Shown here one piece after another: positions 1-13,284 of a DNA stretch of 64,000 bases (position 1 is the stretch's first letter; each line of letters begins with the position of its first letter). The stretch is from Fonticula alba ATCC 38817 (Eukaryota; Protista; Nucleariida). A model generated the notes under the pieces. That model worked only from the letters and a program-made list of their open reading frames with translations, was not told the DNA's origin and searched no databases. The position numbers and the translations under genes are program-made. Location: assembly GCA_000388065.2 (NCBI GenBank), contig KB932201.1; one strand, written 5' to 3'.

Positions 1-9
1 TATACGCAC

Positions 10-342
10 AGGACATGGTCGAAGGTGGTGTTGACGCGATTGCGCTCGGCCTCGAGCTTCTGCATGCCGGCTTCGTCGAGCTTGCCGGCTGGTTATGGGT
101 GGAGGGAGCCAGACGAGAGCACAGATGCACGTGTGTATGTGTGTGTGTGAGAGAGAGAGAGAGAGGGCGGTAAGTGGGGACCGACAGCCGGGGCAGCGAC
201 CCAGAGCAAGGGCAAACGCACGCCAGTTGAGGCGGATGAACTTCCGAATGCGGATGATCGTAATGGGCACGATGAAGAGGCCGGTCATCGTGCAGGCAAA
301 CACGAGGAAGGCCGTGCCCGACTCGTCATACTGGTACTTCAT
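10..342 (-). CDS. SEC63: SEC63-like translocon subunit, 5' exons only (342-222, 88-10; gene continues off the left edge)
   Basis: Spliced translation MKYQYDESGTAFLVFACTMTGLFIVPITIIRIRKFIRLNWPGKLDEAGMQKLEAERNRVNTTFDHV. The N-terminal Y-x-YD-E/D-SG motif followed by a TM helix matches the Sec63 N-terminus as I recall it. GTGCGT donors at 221 and 9, CAG acceptor at 89, phases consistent. The J-domain is not in the window. Confidence 0.65.
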
Positions 343-3300
343 GATGCCGAGGGGGGGAGGGCCAAGGGGGCGCGGCTCCTTGGGGGCGAGATGGCTAGAC
401 GGGCGGGGAGGACGCGGAGGGCATGACAGCCGCACAGGACGAGCGGTGAGCAAGAGAAGCGAAGGGCGACAAAGGCGGTGGGAGGAGGAGCGCACAAGGT
501 CCCGCCTGCTCAGTGGCGACCCGCGGGAGGGGGAGGGGGGTGGACCCGAGACGCTCGAGGCGAACTGCCCGCCTGGATTCTATGCGGAAGAGGAGGGGCC
601 GGAGGAGCGGCGGTGGCGGNNNNNNNNNNNNNNNNNNNNNNNNNNNNNNNNNNNNNNNNNNNNNNNNNNNNNNNNNNNNNNNNNNNNNNNNNNNNNNNNN
701 NNNNNNNNNNNNNNNNNNNNNNNNNNNNNNNNNNNNNNNNNNNNNNNNNNNNNNNNNNNNNNNNNNNNNNNNNNNNNNNNNNNNNNNNNNNNNNNNNNNN
801 NNNNNNNNNNNNNNNNNNNNNNNNNNNNNNNNNNNNNNNNNNNNNNNNNNNNNNNNNNNNNNNNNNNNNNNNNNNNNNNNNNNNNNNNNNNNNNNNNNNN
901 NNNNNNNNNNNNNNNNNNNNNNNNNNNNNNNNNNNNNNNNNNNNNNNNNNNNNNNNNNNNNNNNNNNNNNNNNNNNNNNNNNNNNNNNNNNNNNNNNNNN
1001 NNNNNNNNNNNNNNNNNNNNNNNNNNNNNNNNNNNNNNNNNNNNNNNNNNNNNNNNNNNNNNNNNNNNNNNNNNNNNNNNNNNNNNNNNNNNNNNNNNNN
1101 NNNNNNNNNNNNNNNNNNNNNNNNNNNNNNNNNNNNNNNNNNNNNNNNNNNNNNNNNNNNNNNNNNNNNNNNNNNNNNNNNNNNNNNNNNNNNNNNNNNN
1201 NNNNNNNNNNNNNNNNNNNNNNNNNNNNNNNNNNNNNNNNNNNNNNNNNNNNNNNNNNNNNNNNNNNNNNNNNNNNNNNNNNNNNNNNNNNNNNNNNNNN
1301 NNNNNNNNNNNNNNNNNNNNNNNNNNNNNNNNNNNNNNNNNNNNNNNNNNNNNNNNNNNNNNNNNNNNNNNNNNNNNNNNNNNNNNNNNNNNNNNNNNNN
1401 NNNNNNNNNNNNNNNNNNNNNNNNNNNNNNNNNNNNNNNNNNNNNNNNNNNNNNNNNNNNNNNNNNNNNNNNNNNNNNNNNNNNNNNNNNNNNNNNNNNN
1501 NNNNNNNNNNNNNNNNNNNNNNNNNNNNNNNNNNNNNNNNNNNNNNNNNNNNNNNNNNNNNNNNNGTGGCAGTGACAGCTGTGTGTGTGGGGGGGGGGGC
1601 GGGAGGAAAAGAAAGAGAGGGGGGGGGAGGACGTGGGTGTGCAGGAACCCGAGCCGCCCAGGCCCCCCGGGCCGGCGGCCGATGTACGCACGCCAAAGTC
1701 CCTGCCAGTGTTTCGCATTCGCCCATCGGGAAGGTCCGGCTGCGGTGGGGGGAGTTACGGCTCGCCCTCCCGGGCAGTGTGTGATGCGGCTGTCCCAGCC
1801 TCCGTCGAGCGCCCCATGCTGAGTACACGCAACCCTCGTCGAGCGAGGAGCGGGTTGTTGTGTCCCGCCCTGGGGTGCGGCTTGGACGAGCGAATACCCC
1901 GCTGGGGAGGGGGGGGGGCGGACGCGGGCGCGCGTCAACCCCCCCCCCCCCCCCCCCTCCCCGCCCGGAGAACCGCCGACGCGATGCACGCAGAAGGACA
2001 AGACGAGAGTCGCCCGCGGACCGGGAGGCACTCCTAGCCGCCACCTCCTGCGCACCGGCCCGGGTGAAGTGCAACTCCCGGCCATCTCCTTTCGAGGCCC
2101 TCGGCCGGGATCATCTGTCATCGGATCCTTCTAGAGGCAATCCCGAAGGGCTCCCGGGCGTGTGTGTGTGTGTGTGCGCGATCTCGCACATGTGGNNNNN
2201 NNNNNNNNNNNNNNNNNNNNNNNNNNNNNNNNNNNNNNNNNNNNNNNNNNNNNNNNNNNNNNNNNNNNNNNNNNNNNNNNNNNNNNNNNNNNNNNNNNNN
2301 NNNNNNNNNNNNNNNNNNNNNNNNNNNNNNNNNNNNNNNNNNNNNNNNNNNNNNNNNNNNNNNNNNNNNNNNNNNNNNNNNNNNNNNNNNNNNNNNNNNN
2401 NNNNNNNNNNNNNNNNNNNNNNNNNNNNNNNNNNNNNNNNNNNNNNNNNNNNNNNNNNNNNNNNNNNNNNNNNNNNNNNNNNNNNNNNNNNNNNNNNNNN
2501 NNNNNNNNNNNNNNNNNNNNGTGTGTGTGTGTGTGTGCGCGATCTCGCACATGTGGCTGGCGAACTGCTGCCTGCGTCGTCCCTTCCTTTCTTGCCACCC
2601 CCGCAATGGCTGGTGGGTCCAAGTAGCAAGCAGCGCCCCCCCCCCCCCCCCCCCCCGCCCCCGCGTGTTGATCAGGGCGGGCCTGCACCGCCCTCGCGCG
2701 TGTTAAGCTGAGGCCCCGGCCTCTGGGGCGCGAGAAGATCCGCCTGCCTCGCCCCCCCGCCTCCGGGCCCGGCCCGGTGAAAAGTGCTCGACTGTTGCCC
2801 AGCCATTGGTCGGGCCCACTAAATCCGGGCCTTTGTCCCGCCGCCCCCAGGCCCGGGACCGGGGGGGGGGGGGGGGGGGGGGGGGGAGGGAAAGAGTGTA
2901 GATCGAGGGGGTCCACGGAAGGTGCCACGAGCACGCCCTGCATCGCAGGAGCGCGAAGAGGCGCCCCACCTTGCCTGGCAGACAGGCGAGCAGCAGGGGG
3001 GGGGGGGGGGGGGGGGTGGGTGAAGTAGGGGATTGTCCCTGACACCCGGGGGACCTACACAGCCGAAGGTGCGGCCTCCGGGAGCCACCGTTGCCGCCAA
3101 AGGACAAAAGAGCACGCAGAAGAAGGCCGCCCCGCGTCCCGGGCGCCAGGTTGACAGATGTTTATGTGTGGCGGGCGTGGGCGTATGCCACCCCCCACTG
3201 CCGCCCCACCGCCCCGCTTCTCGGCAGGCTCTCCGCACCGGGGCCAGACCCACCATGAGGCAGTGCTGGCCACACTGCGGCCTCGTGCGGTGCACAAACT

Positions 3301-3550
3301 AGAACAGCCAAATGTCCCCTCATTACTTACATACGCAGGAGCACATCCTTCCCCCACCGAGGGGTGTGGGGAGGGCGCCAGCACTAAGGACATGGGGGGG
3401 CTGACTGGCAGGACGGCTGGAGCGCGAAACGCCCGGTCGCGTGATTCCCGACTCGTAACTGAGTTCCCGGGGAGGTTAACATCATTCTTACCATGCTCCT
3501 GGATTAACTGCATGTGTTGGGCCTGCTTTTCCTCCGCCACCCTCCCTCGA

Positions 3551-3553
<3 letters not shown>

Positions 3554-3646
<93 letters not shown>

Positions 3647-3656
3647 NNNNNNNNNN

Positions 3657-3729
<73 letters not shown>
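3554..3729. repeat. (CA)n microsatellite, about 170 bp, split by a 10-N gap
   Basis: Directly visible. Other long (CA/TG)n tracts at about 21100-21145, 48335-48400 and 53290-53320. Confidence 0.98.
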
Positions 3730-3840
3730 GTACCCGGATGCCGGGTCATCTTGTCTTCTTTGGCCGCTTGCCGCCTCTCATCGCTGGCCCCTTGCATAAG
3801 GAGGTGTGTGTGTTTAAAATGCTCTATTTATGTCAAACCC

Positions 3841-3883
<43 letters not shown>

Positions 3884-4713
3884 GAAGGAGATGGGATCGA
3901 TGATAGCACCTCGATCTCTCCAAGGGCCGGGCCACCTCTCTCACCAATGGCCCCCTCTCGCCGGGGGAGATGTGGCGAATGGCTGCTGCTGCGCCAGCGG
4001 ATGGACGACAAGCGGTGAGGACATGGCTGGATGTTGATTCCCGGACTGGGACATCATCATCAAGGACGCTACATTCCCACTACTCGAGCCGCCATGGCCG
4101 CCGCCGCCGCCGCCGCCACCGCCGCCACCACCACCACCACCGATCACCGACGCATCATCGGTCTCCGAGAAGAACAGGTCCCCGGAGAAGGAGGTCGACA
4201 GGCCTGCAACCGCGGACAGGGACGAGCAGGAGGCATCGGTCGACAGAACTGTGCTGGTAATGATAGGCGTCTCCTCAAAGCGAAGATCTGCGTGTGCCGT
4301 GGATGGGACGTGGTCAGGGGGTGGAAGGGGATGGGAGAGCGCGCGCGGACGCGAAAGAAAGGTCAGAGGGGGGAGGGGAAGACAACAGCCGGTTATGGAG
4401 GGTGAAGGGGAGAGCCCTTCCCCCATTCAAGGACAGCCGCCGGGAGGAAGAAAAGGAGGAGTGCAACTGGACACCGCCTCCCCCCCCCCCCCCTCGCCCT
4501 CTCAGGAGCAGCCTGAGAGACTCCCCGGCGCGGAAACCGGGGTGCAGAGAAATAGCATGCACGAGAATGAGGGAACTCGGCCTGTGCGGAGGCAGAGAGC
4601 AGAGGAGGGGAGGAGAGAGACAGAGAGGCAGCTAGAGCAACGCACCGGAGAATGCGCACTCGTTCGCGTGCCGGCACTCTCTCCACCCCTGAGACCCAGC
4701 GCACGGCCCACAC

Positions 4714-4917
4714 TCACAAGTGCTCGGGTGATTCTGCCCCCAGCGAGGAGGAGGTAGGATGGAACATACTGCTGCTACGGCTCGGGCCGGTAGTCAAGCC
4801 GGGAGTCGCCGGGACGACCGGCGCGCGCCGGAATGTCCCGGCAGTCAGCCCACACGAGGCATTTACCGGGCTAGGCCCTGTCAAAGCGTCCCCGGGAGCG
4901 TGGTTTCGGAAGGGGCT

Positions 4918-4968
<51 letters not shown>

Positions 4969-7900
4969 GTTTAGGTGGTGGTGGTGATGATGATGATGCA
5001 GAGACTGCTGCTGGTGGAGCGGCGCGCCGGCGAACGCAGGCCCCAAGCCCTGGTCGCCACCCATTGGCTGGTGCACGCTCAGGGGCCGGCCGCTGCGGGG
5101 GGAAAGGGGGCCCACCGGAGACCCGACCGAGGAGGATGGCTCGGACTTCAGGTGCCCCAGCTGCGAGAACTTCATGCGCAGCGAGGCACACGAGTCCGAG
5201 CGCGAGGGCGGCTCGGTCGCGGAGGGCAGATCGGCGAAGCTGCTCGACTGTAGCGGCTGGAAGTAGTCCATGCCGGCCATCGCCCCGGAGGACGGGTCGC
5301 CAACCGGAACGGCAATCTGAGAGCCCGGCTGGAAGAGCGAGCTCGAACTCCAGGACCGCTGTCCCGGAGGCAGGAGGGCCGTCTCCTGGCCGGCGCCGGC
5401 GGCCCCGCCGGTCGCATGCATGGCCGACGTCGGCATGGAGCCGATGCAGCCGTCCGATTGGCCCAGCGAGGCCAACACCCGAAGGTCCATCATGGACTGG
5501 GCATTCAAGTGGGGCGCCTGGTGGGTGCGGCCCCCCCCGAAGGCCGGACTGCTGTCGACGGCGATGCGGCATGTGGCCGTCGTGCTCGCCAGCATGGGAA
5601 CCCCGCCATCGCCGAGGCTGCCAGCGCCGCTGCTGGCCACCGACGTCATCGGGGGAGGCACCGGCGAAGCGCCAGCCACAGGGCTGCGGCTGTCCGCCCG
5701 GCTGGAGGAGTTGCGCAGCTTGGAAGCCGCACGCGGGCGCGGGCCAGACCGTTCCATCGGGAGCGGGGTTGCCCCGGTGCGTGTGCCCCCGGCCATCAGC
5801 AGCTCCGAGCCCCGGGTGCCGGAACAAACACTCGGAAGCAGCACCGAATCCAGGGACACCGACCGGGGAAGGTCGTCCAGCCCGCCGGCGCGTGCCGCGA
5901 CCCCGCAGCTACGTCCGCTGCCGGGACCGGCACCGGGGCCGCCCAGGGCCAGGCCATGCCCGGGACCCATGCGATCACCGGGCGGACGACGCCGGGCCAC
6001 CCCGCCACGCGGGCTGCTCAGAGCCGAGGAGGAGGGGCTGCCACCGGCGGCGGCCACGGCCGCGGCCGCCGCAGCCGCCAGCATATCCTCCCCCCCGGCC
6101 AGGGGGGCCGACGAGTGTGACCGGCCATTCGGAGTGACGGCTGCGGCCGCTGCGGCAGCGGCCGCAGCGGCGGCCGACAAAATCCGCGGCGACCGGAGGG
6201 AGATCGTGCCGAAGAGCGGGCTCACCGGAGTGCCGGTGGCCATGGCCAAGCCACACATGCCGGTGGCCTGGCGATCGGCCGCCTGCACGGCCAGATCCTC
6301 GGAGATGCTGTGCCCTTGGCGGACCATGGCCCCGACATCGTAGGAGCTTCGCCAAACCACCCGCGACTGCCGGGTGGGGTCATTGCGGAAGGCCCACCGG
6401 CGGATGGACCGATCGCCCGGAGCCTGGCCGCAGCTGATGAAGGTGCCATTTTCGTCGCACGCCACCGCGGCCACCGGGCCCCGGTGGGCGGCGAACGTCC
6501 GCTCCAGGCGCCCGGTGGCCAGGCACCACGCGCGGATGGTGCTGTCCGCGCTGCCAGTACGTGTGCTCTTCCGATCTCGGCGGATGGACCGATCGCCCGG
6601 AGCCTGGCCGCAGCTGATGAAGGTGCCATTTTCGTCGCACGCCACCGCGGCCACCGGGCCCCGGTGGGCGGCGAACGTCCGCTCCAGGCGCCCGGTGGCC
6701 AGGCACCACGCGCGGATGGTGCTGTCCGCGCTGCCAGTAAGTGCCCGCTTGGCGCCAACCCCCTCGAGCTCGACAAAGTGCAGGGCCGACACATCGGCCG
6801 TATGGCCGACAAGCTCATGCAGGCAGGCCCGATCGCGAAAGGCCGGCCCGGCCGTCGGCCCCGAGGGACAGCCCTCGCCCCCCGGGCCGACCGGGACCGG
6901 TGACATGCCGGCGCCCCCGCCGGAGGAGCTGATGCCCCCATCCGACGGGTCGGTCAAGATCGGAAGAGCGTCGTGCAGGGCCGACACATCGGCCGTATGG
7001 CCGACAAGCTCATGCAGGCAGGCCCGATCGCGAAAGGCCGGCCCGGCCGTCGGCCCCGAGGGACAGCCCTCGCCCCCCGGGCCGACCGGGACCGGTGACA
7101 TGCCGGCGCCCCCGCCGGAGGAGCTGATGCCCCCATCCGACGGGTCGGTCAACACGCGCAGGTCAAACACCCGGCACACGCCGTCCGAGCTGCCGGTCAT
7201 CAGGGTCTGCGCGCTCATGAGCAGGCTGTTGATGCCCAGACGCAGGAAGGAGGGGCCCCAGCGGGCTGCCCCGGCGGCGGTGCTGCTCGCACCACCGGGC
7301 CCGGTGGCAGGAGCCGACAGACGCGACAGCACCGGTCGGCTGAGGAAGCCAAAGGGCGAGTCGGCGGCCGGCGGGCCGCCGGTCACCAGCGGCAGCAGGC
7401 CCGGCGGCAGGCAGAGCAACGTGGCGGCCAGGGAATTCCGCGTCCGAGCTCGAGTGTCGAAGAGCCGAATCCGGCCATCCCCACACCCGGCCGCCACCAG
7501 GCGGTCATCTGCCTGCAAGCACACCACCCCCGGCACCACGCCGCGCAGGGTCGGATCCGCCAGACCAGGCCCCGAGCCGAAGATGGCAATCCGGTCGCGC
7601 ACCAGCCCGGTGGCCAAATCATGCACCAGCAGGGCACCCTGGTTGTCCCCGGAGAGGACTCGATCGCGGTCGAATTGCAGGCAGAAGGGCACGGCCGCCG
7701 GATCGCTGGCCGGGTGGCCCCCGAACACGGCCAACGGATCGGCCAGGGACAGGAGCGGCGACCGCCGGGGGAAGAGCTCCTCGAAGGTGGCCCCGGCCAG
7801 GGCCTCGGCCACATGCCCCAGGGAAAAGAGCTGCAGCGTGCCGTCCGAGTTGGCGGTCATCGCGTGCGTCGAATTGAAGGCCAAATCCACGGCATACTTG

Positions 7901-8306
7901 CCGCCACCAAGAGGGGCGCTCCCGAGGCCGGCAGACCCAGGGCGCCCGAGCGAGGCGGCCCATGTATAGGGCACCTGCCCGGCGTCCGGCCAGCCGGAGC
8001 CCTGGTCCGGGTGTGTGGCCGCCTCGGGGATCGAGCAGAAGACATCGATCGGACGCCCGGAGGCCGAGCTGTGCACCGCGAAGACCAGCCCCCCGTCGGA
8101 GGACATGCGCAGGCAGCGCAGCCGCTCGGCATCACCGAGGAATGGCGTGCCGATGGGCTCGGCCGTCACCACGGGCGGGGCCCCGCGACGCCGGGCACCC
8201 CCAGGGCCTTCGCCTCGACGGTGGTACAGGACCGGCCGGTCCCAAGCCGTGGTCACCATGCGATAATCACCGAGAAACCATGTTCCCAGCGCGGCGGACA
8301 TTGTCC
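4714..8306 (-). CDS. WD40-repeat protein (beta-TrCP/FBXW-like repeats) with long low-complexity C-terminal tail; large internal exon, upstream exons unresolved
   Basis: WD repeats FCLQFDRDRVLSGDNQGALLVHD, VVCLQADDRLVAAGCGDGRIRLFD, TLMTGSSDGVCRVFD, GHTADVSALHF, LTGSADSTIRAW. CAG acceptor at 8307. PolyA, polyH and polyQ tracts. Contains two adapter-derived false duplications (see findings). No F-box located. Confidence 0.8.
6560..6577 (+). other. Illumina TruSeq adapter remnant CGTGTGCTCTTCCGATCT
   Basis: Exact match to the 3' end of the TruSeq Read 2 primer. It lies between two identical 162-bp copies (6398-6559, 6578-6739). Confidence 0.97.
6957..6975 (+). other. Illumina TruSeq adapter remnant AGATCGGAAGAGCGTCGTG
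   Basis: Exact match to adapter read-through sequence. It lies between two identical 180-bp copies (6778-6957, 6973-7152). Confidence 0.97.
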
Positions 8307-11300
8307 CTGCGTGATTCGGAGACACAGCAGAGGCGGGGCAGGGCGGGGCAGGGCGGGGCGAGGAGGAGCGTGAGTGGTCATGCTGGGACGTCGCACGGGA
8401 AGAGACCGGTGGGGGGATGGAGGCGACGCGCACATTTAGCTCTTCCGTGTCAGGCGGGGGGGGGCGTGTGCATGTGTGTTAGCAGGAAAGGCGCAGCTCG
8501 GGAGGCTGGTCACATGCAAGATGATGGCAGACAAGGTGTTGGGGGGGGGGGGGGGGGGGGGGGGGACAAGAGGCGCAGGAGGAGAGGCGCAGGAGGAGAG
8601 GAAGGCGGGGAAGATCGTAGAAACGACTTGCAATCGAGGGCGGAGTACGGGTGCCGGGGTGGAGGGATCTCTTCCTGAGGCGGTGATGGGGAGATTGATG
8701 GGGGGAGGGGAGGGGGGGGGGGGGCGCGCGTTAGGCGATGCTCTAAGCTGCTGAAGCGGGGAGGGAGGGGGGAGAGAAGACTTGGAGGGGAAGGCGGGGA
8801 TCGTGCGCACCTCGCTTCGCAGAAGTCGGGAGAAGAGAAGTGGTGCTCGAGGGTAAATGTGAAAATGGATGTTCAAGAAAGGAGATCGGGGAGTGATGAC
8901 AGGCGAAGGGCGCTGCCGAAGGAAGGAGCAGAGCAAATGAGGGCACGAGGGACAAGCTAAGACACAGAAAGGAAAATGCAGCAACAGGTGGGATGTTGAA
9001 TTCCACGCCTCGAACGAAGGACTGGTTTTTCAGTGGGAAGAGGCGTCATAGGTCGGGGAGTCAGTGGGCTTGTGGATGCGCGGGCAAGCAGCTCAAGAAA
9101 ATCAACTCGATAGGGGATGGGGGAGGGGGGGGGGGGGAGAGAGAGAGGGCATGCATCCACGAGGAGCGGAAATGTTGCGCGGGAAGGGCGGGAGGGTTGG
9201 GGAGGGGAGGCAAGGAAAAAATACCAATTGAGGGAGATCAATTGCTCTGCGATATGGTGGGGACCGGTACGCCTGGCGAGAGAGGTGGCGGCCCTTTTTT
9301 AAAAAGGGTCCGCCCACACTCCCCGTGGAGTGTGGAGGAGCGCGGCGAGACGCCCAGAGTGAGTCAGACAGGCAGAGAGCGGCAACGGTGCCGGCGCAGC
9401 ACCCGAGCAAGACGGAGCGGGGCTCAGCGCAACACCCGCCAAGGCGCGCAATTTACCCCGGGCAGATGAGGCACCCCCCGAGGTCGTCCTCGGTCGCCTA
9501 TAAAGCCGGAAGGGCCAGCATTCCTAGGTCCAGCCGAGCAGATGGCAGCCACTCGTGAGCATGTGTGTCTGCGCGTGTCTGCGTGTGTCTGTGAGTGTGT
9601 GCGAGGGAGGGAGGCGGGGAACATCCACGCAGCAGGCGCGAGGGCAGCGAAACACAGATGGTCATTCTCAGGCGGGTCTAGTGGTGTAAAGCCGCCCTCC
9701 TGCGAGTGTGTAAGCGTTCCTGAATCGCCTGCTGCTGGAGCGAGAACGCCCCCGTTGCAGCGCCTTTCCCGAGGGGCAAGTAAGTCGTCCTGAGCTATCA
9801 TGCCGTCGGCTTTCTCTCCCGACCTGCCCCCCGCTCCCCACCCCTGCCCCTACCTCTTCCCCTTGGAACGCTAAAAGGCCCCGACAAGCCTGCCGAAAGT
9901 GCGCTCGGTCATCTGTCACTCGCCTCTGAGTATGCGCGGTGCTCGGGCATCGGTCGGCCGCCCAAGAGCTTGGAACGGGAGAACAGGGAGGCGAGGGGGG
10001 GGGGGGGGGGGAACGGAGAGAAAAGGAGCCGATGACTTCGGTGGAATGAGGCGGCCGGTCGGAAAGATGAAGGCCAGACCGCGGCTCGGAGAGGAAAGAA
10101 AGAGGGAGGATCAGCGTCGCAGCTGCATCGCGCCGGTCCTTGGTCCCGCAGAAGAGCCGGAGGCAGCGTGGGCGCACTTTCTGATCCCAGGGTGTGTGCC
10201 GGGCAACTGCCACTTACGCGCTCGGAAAATTATGCCCACCCGCGCTCGCGAACACCACTCCTGGGGGGGGGGGGCACCACACACACACACACACACACAC
10301 GCACGCACACACACACGCGCGCGGAAAACGGGAAATAAAAAAGCCCCCTTGGCCGCTGATTCCTGGATCGCCCACAGCGGTATGGCCAAGGGCAGGATCC
10401 AAAAATCAAATAGCCCTTGGCCCTTGCCCCCCCCCCGCTCCCCCCACCCACCCACCCACCCACCTCAGTGGCCCCGATCAGCCAAGGACGGGAGGCCCCA
10501 CGCCATCCTGCCAAGGACAAAGTTGAACACCCGCGACCATTCTGTCTAGCCCACAAGTAGAATATGCAAAGTAAACACCCCACACGGGAGGTGCAGGGGG
10601 AGGGCCGACGACGCCGAGCATACAAGCACATCTGCCGGGCATCATGGGAAGCTCTCGGGCAATCGCCCAGAACGCAAATGACCCCCTCTTCCTTCCTCCC
10701 GGCCCCGCTCTGCCTCGGGGCACGCTTGTGGGGGCCCCGCTTGCTGTGCAACCCGGCCACCCGAGGAGGGAGGTCGCCCGCGGCACGGCCGGGCGCGCGG
10801 AGGCCAGCGGGTTAAGGCCTAGAATGTCGTTTTGGCCCGAGCGCATGCCCCCACCGCGGCCATGGCCCTTGTGATCCCTCCGTAGTCATATGCCCAACAT
10901 GAGATACTGCCAACTTATGGCCGCCGAGAGCGTGCAATATTATTGCCCTGGGACCCCGCCGCCCCGTGCCCTGACCCCCTCGCAGCCTCCGCCCCCCGAA
11001 GAAGGGCGGGGTGCCCTGGATGAATGACCCCAGCGAGGGACGCCCGCTTGTCACCTTTCGCCGAATTGACGCAGCCGAGCCAACCGCGGTCCCATGCGCG
11101 CCCAGCGCACATGCGCCCGTGTGTCTCCCTCTCGTCGTGGTTATTCCACGCGCGTACGCACACAAACACACAGGCATATGCCTCAGCCGGGGGGGGGGGC
11201 ATGTGTGGTGGCCCCCGCGGCGCGTGAATTGCTGCGCTGGGAATGAAAAGGCATGGGCAATAAGGCCGGGCAGCCCGGCCACGCCACTATCATCGTCCCC

Positions 11301-12582
11301 ATCAAGGGCGCGGAGCCAGGACGGCAGCCCGGGGGGCGCCCGGCAAACTCCCGCCGAACAAGTGAACACCTCCCACCGGGCCCGAAGAACGAGCGGCGCA
11401 CAAATCGCCCATCGCTGGGTAGGCCCATGGCCGGAGGCGGAGACCCCTGCCGGAGAAAGGGGGCGGGGGGGGGGGGGGGGGAGGCGGGGGACCGAAATGC
11501 ACATTCCACTCCCTCACGGGGTGGCAGGGAGGACGGGGGAAAATAGCCGGGGGATGCGGCGCCGGCCGACCACGCCCGTTGCAAATGCGCACCCCGGCGC
11601 CCGTCACACGGCCCAAGACCGAGAACGCAGGACACGGCACGGGGGCGGGGCGTCTGCCCGCGGTCGGAGCTCGGTCCCCCCCCCCCCCCTCTTCCCCCCT
11701 CGTCTCCGTTGGGGGAAAGAGGGCGCCCGATCTGCTCCCCCTCCCCCGGACCCCGGCGAACTCCCGTATATTTCGGACCAAGGGGGGCCACCTCGCGGAG
11801 GCATGCCCACTGCCCAAGTGGGATGCTCTGCCCGCCGTCCCCCGCGCCCGGCACACCGCCTGAGGACGGAAAGGGCTGACGCAGGAGATCTGCCACCGCG
11901 GGAGGGACAACCAGCCCCTGTTTTTGTTGTCGCTCGGTTCATTTCTTCCCCAGATACCCCCGACCGGCCACAGCAAGCCCCTGTCTTCTGGGCAGGAGCC
12001 GGGGCCCTGTTTCGATTGGGGGCCCCCCTTTTGGGCGCCTGCCTCGCATCCCGGCAAGCAAGGCCACGGCCAGTCTCCTCCTCCCCCTACCCACACACAC
12101 ACACACACACNNNNNNNNNNNNNNNNNNNCATGCCATAACCGCCGGTGCTGACTGCTACCTTGTGCACCACGCTCTTGGAAGGCCAACCCGCCCTAAGGG
12201 GCTGATGATCCTCTTCTTCCTGCTCGTCATCGTGTGTACTGAGCTGCTTCTCCTCTTTTACGAGCTCATTTGCACATCCTTCCCGTCGATCCTCCCGCCC
12301 TCTTGGCGACCTCCCCCACCCCCGGCCAACACTCTGCCCTCGGATCTGGCGTCCCTCTTCCGCGAGCGTTCCACCCCACCCAGCCAAGCCATTTCCCCTT
12401 CCCCCATCCCACAGGTCGCCGCACCACACATCGCCCCCGGTGGCAGCCCGCTTCTCGAGAGCCTCCTCTCGCTTCCCCCCCAGCCGACCACCCCGACCTC
12501 GGCCTCAAGCCGCTAGATCAGCACACGGTAACAAACCACAGAGCCGCAAGGCCCGCCCCTGCCGCACACCCTCCTCCCAACC

Positions 12583-13248
12583 ATGAAGACCTTCCTGGCC
12601 AAGAAGAGAAACACCATGACCCGCGATGCGTCCCCCTCGCCGGACATCGGTGACTCGGCATCCGTCCACGACATGATCGGCTCCGCTTCGGAGACCACCC
12701 CCTCGCCGCAGACGTCCACAAGTCCCGTGGGCCCTGGCGGGGATTCGGTGCCCACCCGGCCTGCGCGGTCTCACACCACCAGTCCCGCGAATGCGACCGA
12801 GCCGATCGATTCGGCGCGACTGCGCTCGGCCAGTGCCAATCCCCGGCTAAGTGCAATCTCCCGCCGGGGGGACGACCCGGCCGGCGTCTCGTCGAGCGAG
12901 TCATCCTCCGCCTCGCCGAGCGAGTCGTCTGCTCCATCCCCGGGGGCCGCACTCCCGGGCCCGGGCTCCTCCGCCGGGACCGCGGCCGGTGGGTCCGGAT
13001 CTGGCCCCAACGCCGCCTCCACCACCTATGGCCCCCAGATCTCCTCGCTGCTGTACCACCTCCCCCGCGAGGAGTACATCTTCTCGGAGCCCAATTCCCC
13101 CAGCAACATCATCTGGTCGAATGAGCCGTATTCGCGCGAGGAGCTGCCCCCGATTCGGTGCGTTTTCCCTGGCCCCGGCCTTGGCTCACCATGTGTCCTG
13201 GCCCTGTCAGACGCTTTTCTCGCACCTGTGTTGACACGCAGCCACCGA

Positions 13249-13284
<36 letters not shown>

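Noticed and set aside
95-2711. Long ORFs (575, 559, 513 aa and others) at the window start; similar ones at 30700-34578, 36032-36885 and 58173-59417
   Set aside because: They are open only because they run through N-gaps; the flanks are low-complexity G/C runs with no protein motifs.
6398-7152. Apparent recent tandem duplication of WD40 blades
   Set aside because: Both junctions are exact Illumina adapter sequence, so this is an assembly artefact rather than evolution.
5064-8678. Multiple long + strand ORFs antisense to the WD40 gene (likewise 54628-56502, 61372-62529, 38327-39337)
   Set aside because: Shadow ORFs caused by high GC3 codon bias on the coding strand; no motifs.
8957-9241. RVDFLELL / IDLPQL fragments as a possible F-box for the WD40 gene
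   Set aside because: I could not build an in-phase exon chain or a full F-box consensus; left unresolved.
11011-12516. 501-aa ORF with a hydrophobic stretch (MILFFLLVIVCTELLLLFYELI) just upstream of the RasGEF
   Set aside because: It crosses an N-gap and a (CA)n tract and stops before the RasGEF ATG; more likely 5' UTR or intron CT-rich sequence.
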